This document shows, piece by piece, positions 26,001 through 39,037 of a stretch of 64,000 nucleotides of DNA (position 1 is the stretch's first letter; the number at the start of each line of letters is the position of its first letter). The notes below the pieces were generated by a model. That model saw only the letters and a list, made by a program, of their open reading frames with translations. It made no database searches and was not told the origin of the DNA. The translations under genes and the position numbers were made by a program. The DNA comes from Gracilinanus agilis. Taxonomy: Eukaryota. The stretch lies in the NCBI RefSeq assembly GCF_016433145.1, contig NC_058135.1, positions 198,454,857 through 198,518,856 of the forward strand. Direction: 5' to 3'.

Positions 26001-26917
26001 AACCATGTAATTCTCTAAATGAAAAGGTTGTCTTTGAGAACAAATCATTTGCACTGAAGCTGACAAAAACAGTACCCTGACTAGTCCCAGCAAAGTTCAA
26101 CTTAGTCTGCACACACTTTTCATTGTGAGAAAATCAATGGATGTTGAACTTTTTGACATAATTATTTTGTCAGATAAATTGAACAAAAAAAGAAATGTTT
26201 GCAAAAATAATTGCAAAAATCACCTAAGTACACCAATTGGAGAAATATCTACATAAAAAGAAATATCTACATAAAGTAGCTGCTTTTATTCCAATCTCTC
26301 CAAAAGAAGCCAACATTTCATCTTTCTTTCCATATAAAATGCCATTCAAGCATTTTTAGATTATTTTCTTTTGAATGTGGAACTTATTTCCAGCTACTTC
26401 AAATCAATACATTACTCAGCTTTGTGTGCTCTAAGGTGCAGCTAATAGAAGTTTTTATTCAATTAATTTCTTTAATATTTTTAAACATTACTGTCAGCTT
26501 CTGGAAGAGAGAAAACAGATTCTTTTTAGTCACAAATTTATGCCATAAAGATTTGAGTCTGCCCAGAAAGTTCATGGTGCTTTGTCTTCTTGGAATACAA
26601 TTAAAATATTTTTATTGACTAAAATTTGTTATTATTATTAACTCACACCAGATTTACAGGAGAATTTTGATAGTAATGTAGTACTTATGTGTTATGAATT
26701 TACCTCAACTGAAAGCCCAATGGAAAACAGGTGGTTTTACTTTCACATAATTCTGTGAAACACAACTGAAACTCAAGGACAAAAGCAAAATTAATAGAAA
26801 ATAAATGCAATTTCTCTTTATCTTATTCTTCTTTGTCCACAGAAATAGCCATAGTAAGGCAGGAGCATTGTTCTTGGTGTAACTGGTTTCTGCTGATTAA
26901 CCGTTTGTATGAATTTT

Positions 26918-26921
<4 letters not shown>

Positions 26922-26983
<62 letters not shown>
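26922..26983. repeat. Compound (CA)n(TA)n microsatellite
   Basis: Direct reading. Confidence 0.98.
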
Positions 26984-26985
<2 letters not shown>

Positions 26986-27999
26986 TTTTCTGGTTTATTT
27001 GTGTGTATGATTTATACTCCATGTTAACTATTATACATGTGTTTTGAATTACTAGAAAAATCATAAATCATATATTTGGATTCTCTTTATAATGTCATGA
27101 TTGTTTAGTCTATAAAGACACTTTTTCATAAAGACTTGTCTTATAGATTATTCATTTCAATGAATGTATTTTTTTTGGTTAGGGAAGTAGTATCTTCTTG
27201 TTCTCATTATGTACTACTCATGAATAGAAAACTAGATTATTCAAATATAATCATTATATTTTTATTACCAAACAATTGTTTTGAAGTGTAAAAATTCTTT
27301 CTAAGTATACATTTCCATCTTTAACATCTTGAAGTTTGAGGCTTAAACCAAAGATTGAACTTATTTTTCTTTTTCAGGACTTTTATAATTGTCATTGAAT
27401 AAAGTAAGCTTCTGTGATTGATTTTCTTTTCTGAAAGCACCTCTCAATTATGGACAGAGTCATAGAACTAGGTATAACAATAAGCATCACTGTTCTTTTT
27501 CTCATTGGCGATACTTTTAGAAAATTAGTTTTTTAAGTAAAAATAAAACAAATAGAAACCAGAAAAATTCTTTAAGCTGGCACTACTACAAGAGAAGAAT
27601 ATCAGTACTTTAGCATTATTACTAATGTAAGAGATTAATTTGTAAAAAAAAAAAGAATTTGCAAAAATATTGTACTGAATATCAACATTTGCAAGATTAA
27701 ATTAGAAATAATATTTAAATAAAACTTCATGTTCACTTATAAATATACAGGCATTTTTCAAAATGAAAATAATGACTATTAGTTTAATAATAAATGTACA
27801 TTTTAAGATATGCAAAGGAAGACACAACAAATGTTTAACTGACAGAATAGGTTAAAAGTTTTAGAGAATCCACAAGAACTTTGATGCTGATTTAAATAAT
27901 CTAATTTAAGACAGTGATCATTTGCAGACCTAATCACAAAATAGAAATGATGTTGCTGACTTTGTAATGAAAAGAAAAACCACCCCTTCTTTCCATGTC

Positions 28000-29000
28000 T
28001 TACGGCTTCAGTAAATGTGCTCATTAGATCTCGCCATTTCTCAAGTACCCATTACTCATTATTTTCACTTAAGATTCTGCTCGGACTGTCAGAGCTGCAA
28101 CTTGTATCCAGTTTCTTGTTATGGCATTTTCTCCTCTTTCTTACCCACTCTCCCCATCCCCCAACCTCCTTTAAAAAAGTTCTATAAGGCGAGCAGGATA
28201 ATCTTTAAAAAGCAAGTTTTAATCTTCAAGTGAAATCAATATATGCTTTGTTCTGGTCTAATGATCTCACTTAGCGTGATGGCTACGTGCACTCTCACCC
28301 TGCCTAAACGAAGATATTATCTTGTTTGGGTGAAGCAGGAACCAGAGAGCCCGAAAACCTATGCTAATCGTGCTGACACTTGAAAATACTTCTTAGACAG
28401 GAGACTCCAGCCTGTTCTTTGCCATGTCTTTCTTCATAAACCGCACCATATTAGCATTCGTTACAGAGGATGAGAGAAACAAGGAATTGTTTATTGAGGT
28501 TTGTGATTCCAAATAACTTTTCTCTTTCCACACATGCTCACTTAAGGATCTATCTGAAATTCCCTAAAGTCCAAAGCATTTTTCCCCCAATGGCTAAGGC
28601 CAGAAATAATTTAAAAATTCCCTGCTCACTCTCTGTTACTATGCACATTTTTTTTTGGTATCATGTCTGTGTTTTTATCACTCTTATTTGATAGCTATTT
28701 GTGCACAATAGTTCCTTTGTTTCTACACGTAGAAGTCATTTATTTACACATTCATTCAAATGTTTCTTTCGACTCAGAAGAGTTAAGAGAACACTGTAGT
28801 AGGTGCTGGAATAAATACAAAGTTTAGATAAGTACTTTTTCCCGGCCCTCATAGAGTTTATGGTCCAGTTAGTTACTGACGATTGGGTTCTACAGTATCT
28901 AAAGGCTCGTGAGACAAAGAAGAAAGACAACATGAAGAAAAACACTTGAATCTTTTTCTAGCACTTTAAGTCTAAGAACAAAGTGAATTCCTGTCGTGCA
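28000..29000. promoter_or_regulatory. CpG-retaining non-repeat block; candidate enhancer or alternative promoter
   Basis: About 17 CpGs in 1 kb against about 4 in a comparison kb (23-24 kb); three minus-strand donor-like sites. Confidence 0.35.
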
Positions 29001-29184
29001 AATATAATAATGAGGAAAACCAAACCAAATGAATACACTTATTCAAGTTCAAACCACAAGGTTTTTCATAATCTCTCTTCTCATCTAATCATAGGAGCTC
29101 TGATTTATATGAGCTTTATATCTTACAGTGTTTACATGATGCTTAAAAAAAAACTCTTGCCCTCTTTGTTATAGTAAATATTAA

Positions 29185-29335
29185 TGCATTGATTCTAAGG
29201 CAGAAGAGTGGTAAGGGGTAAGCCATAGGGGTTAAGTGACTTGCCCTGAGTAACACACCTAGGAAGTTCTGAGGCCAAATTTGAACCTGGGACCTGCCAT
29301 CTCCAAGCCAGATTCTCATCCTCTGAGCCACTTTC
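29185..29335 (-). mobile_element. Marsupial CORE-SINE (SINE1/SINE2_Mdo-like)
   Basis: gattctaaggcagaagagtggtaaggg...ggggttaagtgacttgccc...tttgaacctgggacc. Confidence 0.85.
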
Positions 29336-29559
29336 CTCACTCAGACTCTGTGAGGTACACACTATAAATATAATAGTCCTCATTTTATGAATTAGAAAGC
29401 TAACTGAGGCTTAGAGAAAAAGTGATCTACCTGGAAATACACTATTAGGACTAGCTAGCTAGACCTCCTGAAGACTTCAGTCTTTGGGAACAAAGTTCAG
29501 TGTTTAAATGTCTCGTGGACTATTGTGTTTCTTTTAAGAAATAATCCACTTCTTCAATT

Positions 29560-29830
29560 CCCTCATATTTTATATTGAATTCAAACACCATTTTTTTTTG
29601 CAAGAAGCTTTGCCATTCAGACCATGTAGATGCTAATGTCTTCCTCTGGCCAGCTTAATTGCACCTACTCTCTGTTTGTGCCCTTAGTACACCTCTCCAG
29701 CCATACATACATACAAATGGTTTTCCTTCTTAGAATATAAGTTTCTTGAGGGCAGAACTTTTTTTTGTTTGTTTGTTTTTCTTTATATCTTCAGCACTTA
29801 GGGCAGTGCCTGGCAAAGAGTAAAAGCAGA
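29560..29830 (+). mobile_element. L2 3' end
   Basis: ttagaatataagtttcttgagggcaga...cagcacttagggcagtgcctggc. Confidence 0.7.
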
Positions 29831-31289
29831 ATGCTGTTTTTTAAATACCAGAAAAAAATAAGACAAAAAACTAAGCCTGCATTTGAACCCTGAACACTTA
29901 TCAGCTATGTGAATTATTCAAGATCAAGTCTCTGGAATTCAATTCCCTCATCTATAAAATGAGGAAGATTTACATAATAGCTTCTAAGATTCCTTCCATC
30001 TCTAAATCTATGATCCTATGATCGTATCCTTCATAGGTTATGAACATATCAAAACATCTTCATCTTAAAAATTATTTTTGCACCTATCTTTTACACTGAC
30101 ATATCTCTGTTTCCAGAATTCAAGTCTGCACAGAGACTTACTGCTTGGCCTTTGAGTTAAGAATTCAAATTTAAGTGCTGATTCTGTTACTTAATATTGT
30201 GTGATGGGGGCAAGTCTTAAGTTTATTTCATCTTCTACATAATAAGCATAATAATACTTGCCCTATCTAACCATAAGTTTTGTTGTGGAGTGGAAATTTG
30301 TAAAATGTTTATTTGTAAATGTGATTTTTAATCAGTACTAAATTATAATAATAGTAAAATGTTATACAAAAAATTTGTAAACTTCATGAAAGTAGAAATA
30401 GCACTTTACTTATTTTTATATCTTCGGTGTCTAACAGGGTGTCTTGTTTGCACTAAGTATTAAGTAAATGTTCATTTAACTGTATCCATAAATTTAAAAC
30501 TCAACGTTATGTCACATTTAAAATCTACATGATACGAGAGAAAATATATTAGTTATTTGAATAAGTAAGGAAACTCTTCTCTAAAGAAATGGTCACTCTG
30601 GTATTTGTTTATAGAGAAGCTTGGTTATTTAATAGCTAGTTTTGAACCATATGTTTTACCTATATGGAATTTGGTAATGGTAGATTAAAGGAAAAAATCA
30701 TGCTTTTAACCTTTTTGAAGGATTATAGTAGGAAACAAAGCTATGTTATGATTTAAATAACAACGTAATTCTCTTTTCTAATATTTATAAAGTGTCAGAT
30801 AGTCCTATTTAGGCTTATATTTTTCAAATATTCTACTGTAGTGAATATACTGATTTCTCTGTCGCAGATTACATACCAAACATTTCTAAGTGTTGGCATG
30901 AAGAGTTAATGAAAAGAACTAAAAGTTACATTGATTTAAAAGAACTCTTTAAGAGGAAAAGCAATGCATATGTTTTATAGGGTCCTACCTTTAAGTCACA
31001 CACCTATTTGAGAAGTGTAATTCTGTCTTACAAGTGGAGGACGTGAAGCACAGAAAAGTTAAGTACCTTATGACTTAAGACATTGAATATAGAAGTATAA
31101 GAATTAAAGCACAAATAGGCTTCAAATCAAATTTACTGCTAAAATGACCACATCGTGAGGCTTTTTAAATTCAATTTGATTTGGATAACATTAAAATAAA
31201 CAACTGATAAAGTATAAACTCAAATTTTAAAAAATGTTTTTTGGATGTTGAAGAATATATGTAACTAGGCATATATGTAAAAGTGTTTA

Positions 31290-32140
31290 TTTAAAAATGT
31301 GGCTAAAGGACATGGACAAACAGCCTTCGAAAGACAAATTAAAAATCATCGACAGTTTTGAAAATAAGAGAAATGAAATTTTAAACAAGAAAGGTTTAGA
31401 GTCATTGTTGAAAAAACTGAAAAGATTCCAAAAAATCAGAAATAGTCAAGAGTCCCAAGGGAAGTCAGGCACATTGCTGATGGAGCTGTGGAGCTAGTCC
31501 TATCACTCTTACAAATAGTTGGGAATTATGCAAGAAAAGTAACTCAACTGTTCATACCCTTTGACTCACAGATGCCACTGCTGTGCATATACCCCCAAGG
31601 AGGCCATAGAGAGAAGAGAAAAAATCATAGATATAGGAAAATATTCATAGTTCCCACACAAAAATAAAACTGGAAAAATATTGTGTAGACAATGTCTACA
31701 CAAACTGCAATATATGAAAGGTAAGGACTATTATTTTTCTGTAAGAAACAATGAACAGAATTCATAGAAACAAGAGAACTATATGAACTGTTGCCAAGTG
31801 AGATAAACAGAACCAAGACGAGGAAATACATAATATCCATAACCCTGGAAGTATAAAGAACACTAAAGAAAGCCAAGTACTGTGGAATTAACCGATAAAT
31901 CTTGGTCTGAAAGATTTTAAGTTCAAGATCTTCCTCCTTTCCCTGGAAAGGTGGGGAACCATGGGTGTAGCACACTGTATTTTTTATCAAACATAGATTC
32001 TTATGTCAACTGGTTTTCCTAACTTGTTTTTGTTATGAAGAATAGTTCCATGAGTGGAGGATAGAATAGTAGGAAATGTATCCAGAAATAACTGTGATAC
32101 AAAAGCAAAAGGAATCAGTAAAACTTTAAAAGGAAAGAAA
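31290..32140 (+). mobile_element. Old L1 3' portion
   Basis: tggctaaaggacatggacaaacag (L1 ORF2 W.KDMN.QF motif), ttcataccctttgactca...catatacccccaagg, gagataaacagaaccaag; explains ORF 31297..31497. Confidence 0.85.
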
Positions 32141-32842
32141 TACTGTGTAACATCAAGCAAATTGCATATTGGTTATTCTGATGTCATACAGCTTCCCAAG
32201 AATATGTTGTAGCAGCTTTGACTCAGAAAGATAATAAAGCAATAACTTTATTTTCAAAAAAGTCTCTACTCTAAAATTTAAATTGAATAAAACCTAAAAT
32301 ACAAATGCACATCATTCTGTTAAAATGAAAGATGTGGTGAAGTATTATTTTTGTTGAGGAATTCCATGTCACATCTAAAAGGTCCTAAAAGAAGTCCATG
32401 AAAACTATATCTCCAAAGAAGGAGTCATTCATTTTAAACATGTACAAACTTTTCAAAACTCTGTATTAGTGTATGTGAATGTATATTCCAATCGTTTTAA
32501 TTTGCAACACTGCAGCATTTTATTCCAAATATGTCTGTTTTCTCTATTCCCAATAGAATAGGCAGCTGGGTGATTTTCTATTTTCTACATTTACAACATC
32601 ATTAGTTTCCTAAGGAGGTCTCAAAGAGCAACTCCAGTAAGCTGAGGTTTACAGAATCTTTAAGCACTGGACTGGGAGGTATGGAAAGCAATTGGAGAGC
32701 TTTACTCAGTAGAAGGAGGGTTTCCAAGCAACCTTACACAGTTGAGCAGCCACAAGCAACTGAAACAATGGCTAACATTGGCAGTGATCCATTAAAGGAA
32801 AGTCTGCAGCAATACACTTGTTTTTTCTTGGATACGTGTGCA

Positions 32843-32845
<3 letters not shown>

Positions 32846-32896
<51 letters not shown>
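32846..32896. repeat. (TG)n microsatellite
   Basis: Direct reading, one interruption. Confidence 0.97.
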
Positions 32897-32897
<1 letters not shown>

Positions 32898-34345
32898 CCT
32901 GGCCACCAATTAAAGATGACTAAATAAACTGTGAGTAAAAGGCAGGGGAAACCAATAGTAGGAAAATGAGAAATGCATTTTAAATCTTGACATAATGCAC
33001 ACTTTCTGAGGGACATTCTCGGCTTCCTAAGACTACTGCCTTCATTTTATATTTGGGATTTCAACACAGTAGATTAGGTTTTGTAAAGATCAGTCATATA
33101 AACAAGTGTCTGCAACATCCTTAAAAATGAACTCTAAATCTCAAAGCCACATCATTTAGAAAATTAAATAAGAACATTTGAAAAAGACCTGGGGGAGGAT
33201 TCGGAAATGAGCCTTTCTTTAACCTCATGCTGAATTTCTAGTCTTCAATCAGGAATTATGTGATTGGATTCTCAAAGCTTCAAATTTAGTTTCTTGTGCA
33301 GGTTTTCATTATGACACTCCTTATGTATTTAGCTATTAATGAACTTAACCAATCTTTGGTACTGAGTAGTATTCTAAAATGAATTTTTTTCATCAAAAGC
33401 AGAATCTTCTCTCATGAAAAGGTTCGTGCAATTTTCTTAATCAGAACCCCTTGTTTTCTCTTAAGTAGTTATATGAAAAGCTGGAAAGCCACTTGAAAAT
33501 TTTCTTAAACTGTTTTCTTCAGTAAGCAAAGGATATAATTATATTTGTAAATGATGACGAGTAATAATTAGAATGTTAAACTCTTACTTGTTCTATTGAT
33601 TTAAAGCATACTTAGAGTTCCAAATCCCTCATATAAATTTGAGGATTGTAATTTTGGTGATTCTCCTATAAACCTGCAGACTTTCAAATACACATGAATA
33701 TCTGAAGAATGTGTCATCCCAGGAAAAAGGAATCGCTTTATTAGTAATCTCAGCACTTTCAAACTTATTCACATTTTCAAAGATTCATAACAATTGAATT
33801 GCAAAAGCAACAACAATCCATGTCTCTAAAGAACATTAAAATTTTACAAATGTTCTACTCCAAATGATTCTCTGAAATGATTCCAATGTTCAGGTGCTGT
33901 TGGAATTGTGAGAAAAATCAAAATCTAGAATCTGGCCTGTCTTTCGTGGCTTTTTATGTCATTTTTTTCTTTTGGAATAAGCCAGAAACAATAAGTACCA
34001 TACACTCTTGAAAAGAGTCCCAGAAAAAAAGAAAGAAAAGACAAGAAAAGAAATGTGAGTAGCAATTAACCACATCACCTTTGTTTTGCATGAAATGAAA
34101 TAAAACTAGACTTTCTGTCATGCCCTGATAAAGTGAGAAAACATTCAAAGGAACAAATTACCCCCAGTCAATTGCTCTGCAGCAAAAGCCAACTATAGAA
34201 ACTAGATCAATTTACAGGCCAAGGCTGAATGAAGCATTCTTTGTTTACTAGCAGAGGAGGTATTAAGCAGTATGATTTAATATTTATTTAACCAGAAGAA
34301 ATTCATTACATAGAAGACATATGTAATGCTGTTAATTACACACCT

Positions 34346-34359
34346 GTTGCCATGGTAAT
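34346..34359. promoter_or_regulatory. RFX X-box-like motif
   Basis: GTTGCCATGGTAAT, 12/14 match to the palindrome GTTGCCATGGCAAC, in non-repeat sequence. Confidence 0.35.
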
Positions 34360-34978
34360 TTCGAAAGTTGCAACAGACAGAATTAAAATTCTAGCCACAA
34401 ACAAATCACCTTAACCAAAACTTGATATAACTTTAATCAACTTGAGAACAAAAAAGACATTTAAAATATTCAGTGTTTCTGAGTTTTAATTGGGTAGAGA
34501 TAAACAAACTAGCTTGGCTAAATTCACATATAGCTCTTTGCCTCCTTAATTTTTCTTTCTGTGTGTTTCTCAGACATACATATAAACATCCCACATGTAA
34601 ATTTTTTTCTTTTGAAAGCTGGAATTGCTAATGCTTATTCTGTTATCATATTTCAGCAGATGGTGATAATGTATAATTAGATTTGGTGGGCTTAGCTCAC
34701 TAAGATCACTTTCTATAGTTTCCTCCACCATTTAACCATTTAGATTGTTTGCAAACCGTATTTAATAAAGTGCAAAGACGTTTATATCACACTGTGCTCA
34801 TTCATGCAAGAATACTGTTATTTTAAAAATGAACTATACCAAGATAGACAAATGACACTATTTGAATATGCACCACTGGACAGAAGTTTCTAGAACTTGG
34901 AAAACAGAGCATTTATATTTGAGAACCTTTCTTGTTCCTCTAAAAATTGTACATAGCTACTGCACAGTTGGCTGAGTT

Positions 34979-34982
<4 letters not shown>

Positions 34983-35012
<30 letters not shown>
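34983..35012. repeat. (TG)n microsatellite
   Basis: Direct reading. Confidence 0.97.
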
Positions 35013-35013
<1 letters not shown>

Positions 35014-38000
35014 CCTTAGCCATCCAATCAGTCCAGAATCCAGATTAGGACTGTCAGGTTGTGTCAGGACTTTACAGTGAGTGCTCACTCGAGTGCCTTT
35101 AATCCTCTAAGGTTTACTCAAATGTCACAACCATCTGGAGGAAAAGGAGCTTCCCTGCTGAGTTCCACTGACCACAAATTACTTTCTAAAGAGAAGGACA
35201 ATAGAAAGCAGTTGATAAATATTTGATTTTTTTTCCAGAAATGGGAGACAAAAAATACTTTTCCTGCTCTAAATTAGGGTTAATGAATTCCTCCAAAATA
35301 TAAAAACCACTAATCAGCAACCATCTTGGATGCTTCATAACAAAAATGCAAAAATCATTTCAAAATGTTCAAAAGCTTGAAAAATCATTTCAGTAACACT
35401 GATAATGTATGTCTCCCATTATTTTTTGCAGTTTCACCTATTCACAAAAACCTGACCATTTCTTAATGTATAATGATTTTGACTAATATGAAGGCAAAGA
35501 AAGTATGCTTTTCCTTCTTTAAATTTTAGTTTCTCTCTCTATACTGCAAAGGCAGTATTACCACAGTCTTATTCTTTTAAAAATTGGAATTAATTAAAGC
35601 TTCTTAGAACTTAAATTTTTTTTTCTTTTACAAGCAGCAATGAATAGTTAAGTATCCCCAGAGCAACTCCTCAAAGAAATCTGGTTCTAGTTTTCCTCTT
35701 TTAAGGATATGACTATAATCCTCTTCTCTAAGGAAAGTCACTTCCTTGTCTGGCAGAAAAAACACTGAGAACCCAGCTGCACTGAATCTTGTATGTGACA
35801 ATATTTGCAGCTGCATTTTGATCCAGTACAGTTCTAGTTCCTACCTGAAGGATCTCCAGGCATGAGAAAATGCTATTGGGTAAGCCAATCAAACCAATAC
35901 TTTGAACACAAACATATAACACAAGGGAAAGAGGAAGCAGTTCATAATTAAGATTTTTTTCTTTCTGGTCAAATGCTTTACATTCTCTACACTGGCTCTT
36001 GTTATGGGTGTCCATGTAATTTATCAAAGCACAAGTGTGAATGGGCAAAGGCTTTAAAATAATGTTCAGCTTTTTCACATCTTGATCAAAATGCAAATCA
36101 TTATCATTGGAGCTGATCATTTTTTCCATGATACCTGGATAAATTCTGACCCTCAACAATTGATTGTAGCAAATATAATTAAAATATGATTTTGCAATTT
36201 GCATTATGTACAAATGGATGTATAATTTCCACTAGACATATTTTTATGTTTCTTGAAGACCTAATAGTTCCCCTCTGCCAAGTATCTACCCACTGCCAAG
36301 TATCATGTAATTTGAAAGCAATCCCTCCCCCTCTTTTAAGTAAACACAAACTTTTGAAAAAAAAAACCTGGGGTTAGGGAGAATTCCCTATTCACAAAAT
36401 AAGTAATATTGTGATAGAATTTGACAGTTCGTCTGACACTTCCCTGTTGTATTGCTAAAGGTCACATGACATAACCAGATTATACAAAGAGCACATTCAG
36501 TTAATGCAATTTACTTTAATCTTATTTATAGCAATATGGGGAGGGGATAAGATTTCTTCTCCAGATGAGGACTTTTTGGAAATTGTAAAACAATTCTAAA
36601 GTTTGACATGAGGTAAATATCGTTTATTTTTAAAAATAATAAATTTGAACAGACTAAATTCTAATTTTATAACTATAGCTGTATTTTAACTGAAGTACTT
36701 TTTACAAAATTTGACATTTATAGGAGCAAAACCTCTGGTCATAATTATGAATTTTCATTTTGCTTCAATACAAATGCTTGACCCTCTTTGTTTTTTATTA
36801 TCTGGGTAAAAAATCCTGCTAATAGCACACACAAAAGAAATGACAAGTCAATTAAATTATGGATACACTTTATATTAAATGTTATTTTGTAGGAAAGAAG
36901 AAGAAAAGCATGGCTTTAATTCATCAGGGTGAGCAGGAATATAACAAGTTTGCAAGATGATAAGCAGTTTTATAAGATGAGCTATAGTAATGGCTTGAAG
37001 TTCAGTAAATGGCACATTTAAGTACAGTGATACCAAACGTGGCTCAATCAATCCTTAGACAACTAAGGGGGAAATGATGCTAAAAAAAGAAAAACTGCAT
37101 ACATAGAGACACCCTAAGTTGACATTTTGCCAGAATCAACTGAGAAAATATTCAACAAGCAGCAGATGTAATGTCATTCCCATCCTATAACAGAAATAGA
37201 AAGATCTGCAGGACTCAAAACACAAACAAAGCCCAAGAATATGACTGTCAGCTATCAATCTTAAAAATGAAAAGGCAATAACTAAGAGAATCAAAATATA
37301 GAATGCAGTATTATTTATGGCACTTTGGGCAGTTATGATCACAGGAAAACTCAGCTGCATCAGGAAGGATATTTTCAACACCTCATCAATGATCCATTGT
37401 CTCTTTAATGAGATAGATGCTCGAGAAGATATTCATTATCACTGCATGCTCTATATCAGTCAAAACTATAAATGATAGTGAAACAATGTTTACATTGCCT
37501 TACAAATACATAGTAACCCTTAAATCTCAAATCACATAAAAGAAAATTGCTATGTCCAAAGAAAGAGGAAAAATAGGCACACTTTAAAGTATGCATTTTT
37601 TAAAGTATGTGTTGAAAAGCAATGATGAATTTAAACGGAAACTAATGTATGATAAAAGTTCATTTAATCAATTCTAAATTCATTACATTATTTTTATATC
37701 ACCTAAAAACCCAGCATTACAGTGCTATAATGTTTATTATTAAAAAGGATAAAATCATTTGAAGATTGAAAAGGGGGAAAAAATGAAGCACTTACATCCT
37801 AACTTTAGAATTATTTGTAGCTTTCATTTCTCAACTCACTTAAAAATTTTTACGTGTCATGGAACCAAAAAAGTTATCTAAATTTCATTGATCCTAAGTA
37901 ATTATATAATCTGGAAGCACACAATTTACATAAATTAACTATTAAAATGTAAACACCATTCATTATCATGAGGAATTTGAAATCTGTACATGTTCTAGAA

Positions 38001-38738
38001 AATGTATGTGTAGGTTTCAGATGAAAATGAAATTATTTTGTCATTAATATATTTATTGATAAAAACTAAAGAAAAACCAAACAAAAATATGGTTTCAAGT
38101 ATCATAAAGAAAAATTACTTTAAGGAAATTCAGAGGCATTCCTAAATTAATCAGTATTTATTAAGTTATACTTATTTTTCTGGTTGTGATAGCAAAATCT
38201 TTGCCTTAAAAGAGCTTACAATCTAGAAGGCATCTAGATGGTCAATTCTCCATTATTCATAGTAATGAAAAAGAGCAAAGGAGAGGTTATCTAATGAAGC
38301 CACCAAAAAATTGCTACAATTAACTTGAAAATATTTGCTTTTCCATATTAAGTTATTCCTAGGTTAAGATATTTCCTTAAGGATAATGAAAAATGAAAAT
38401 ATTAAGCAAATTAAAATGGGGGAAATATTTCAGAATAAAAATTATTTTTAAAAGCCAGTAGACTACATAGATATAGATATAGATATAGATATACTCCATA
38501 GTAATAACTGTGATAACTCAGTCTGAATTTAATCTGGAAAAGATAAGATTTAGGGAGTACCCTAATCATGGTCTTTAGATAGATGAAGGATTGTCAGATG
38601 AAAAAGGGAATGGACTAATTCCCTTCATTGGTTCCAGGGCCAATGTCAGGAAAATGGATAGAAATTAAAAGGAGGAAGATTTTTGCCCAACAATCTATGA
38701 AACTACTTCTCTAAAATGCAATTTAACATCTAAAGACA

Positions 38739-38743
<5 letters not shown>

Positions 38744-38818
<75 letters not shown>
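38744..38818. repeat. (GTA)25 trinucleotide microsatellite at the tail of an antisense MIR
   Basis: Direct reading; abuts MIR 38819-39037. Confidence 0.97.
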
Positions 38819-39037
38819 ACATTTATAAAGCATGCTAACACTTGCAAAGGACTTTCCTTGTATGATCTCATTTGTTCTTCACAAAATCCCATAAGATAAG
38901 TGCATATAAGGAGACTAGCACCCTTAAAGATTAAGTGACTTGCCTAGACTTAACATAGCTAATAAATGGCTGGACAGGATTTAAATTCAGGCCTCCCTGA
39001 CTCTATATCCAGCACTTTATTCACTGTGGTCCCTAGT
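38819..39037 (-). mobile_element. MIR SINE
   Basis: atctcatttgttcttcac...ttaagtgacttgcc...atttaaattcaggcctccctgactc. Confidence 0.75.

Noticed and set aside
26241-26276. Short direct duplication agaaatatctacataaa (and similarly cttagggtata x2 near 12820)
   Set aside because: Ordinary slippage-type micro-duplications; not a repeat-spacer array or telomeric tract
31297-31497. Lys-rich 66-aa ORF
   Set aside because: Decayed L1 ORF2 C-terminal remnant
32681-33016. ORFs with CVCVCV / HTHTHT runs (also 26833-27027)
   Set aside because: Translation of (TG)n/(CA)n microsatellites
38695-38892. ORF with a 25-residue poly-Thr run
   Set aside because: It is just the (GTA)n microsatellite read on the minus strand next to a MIR
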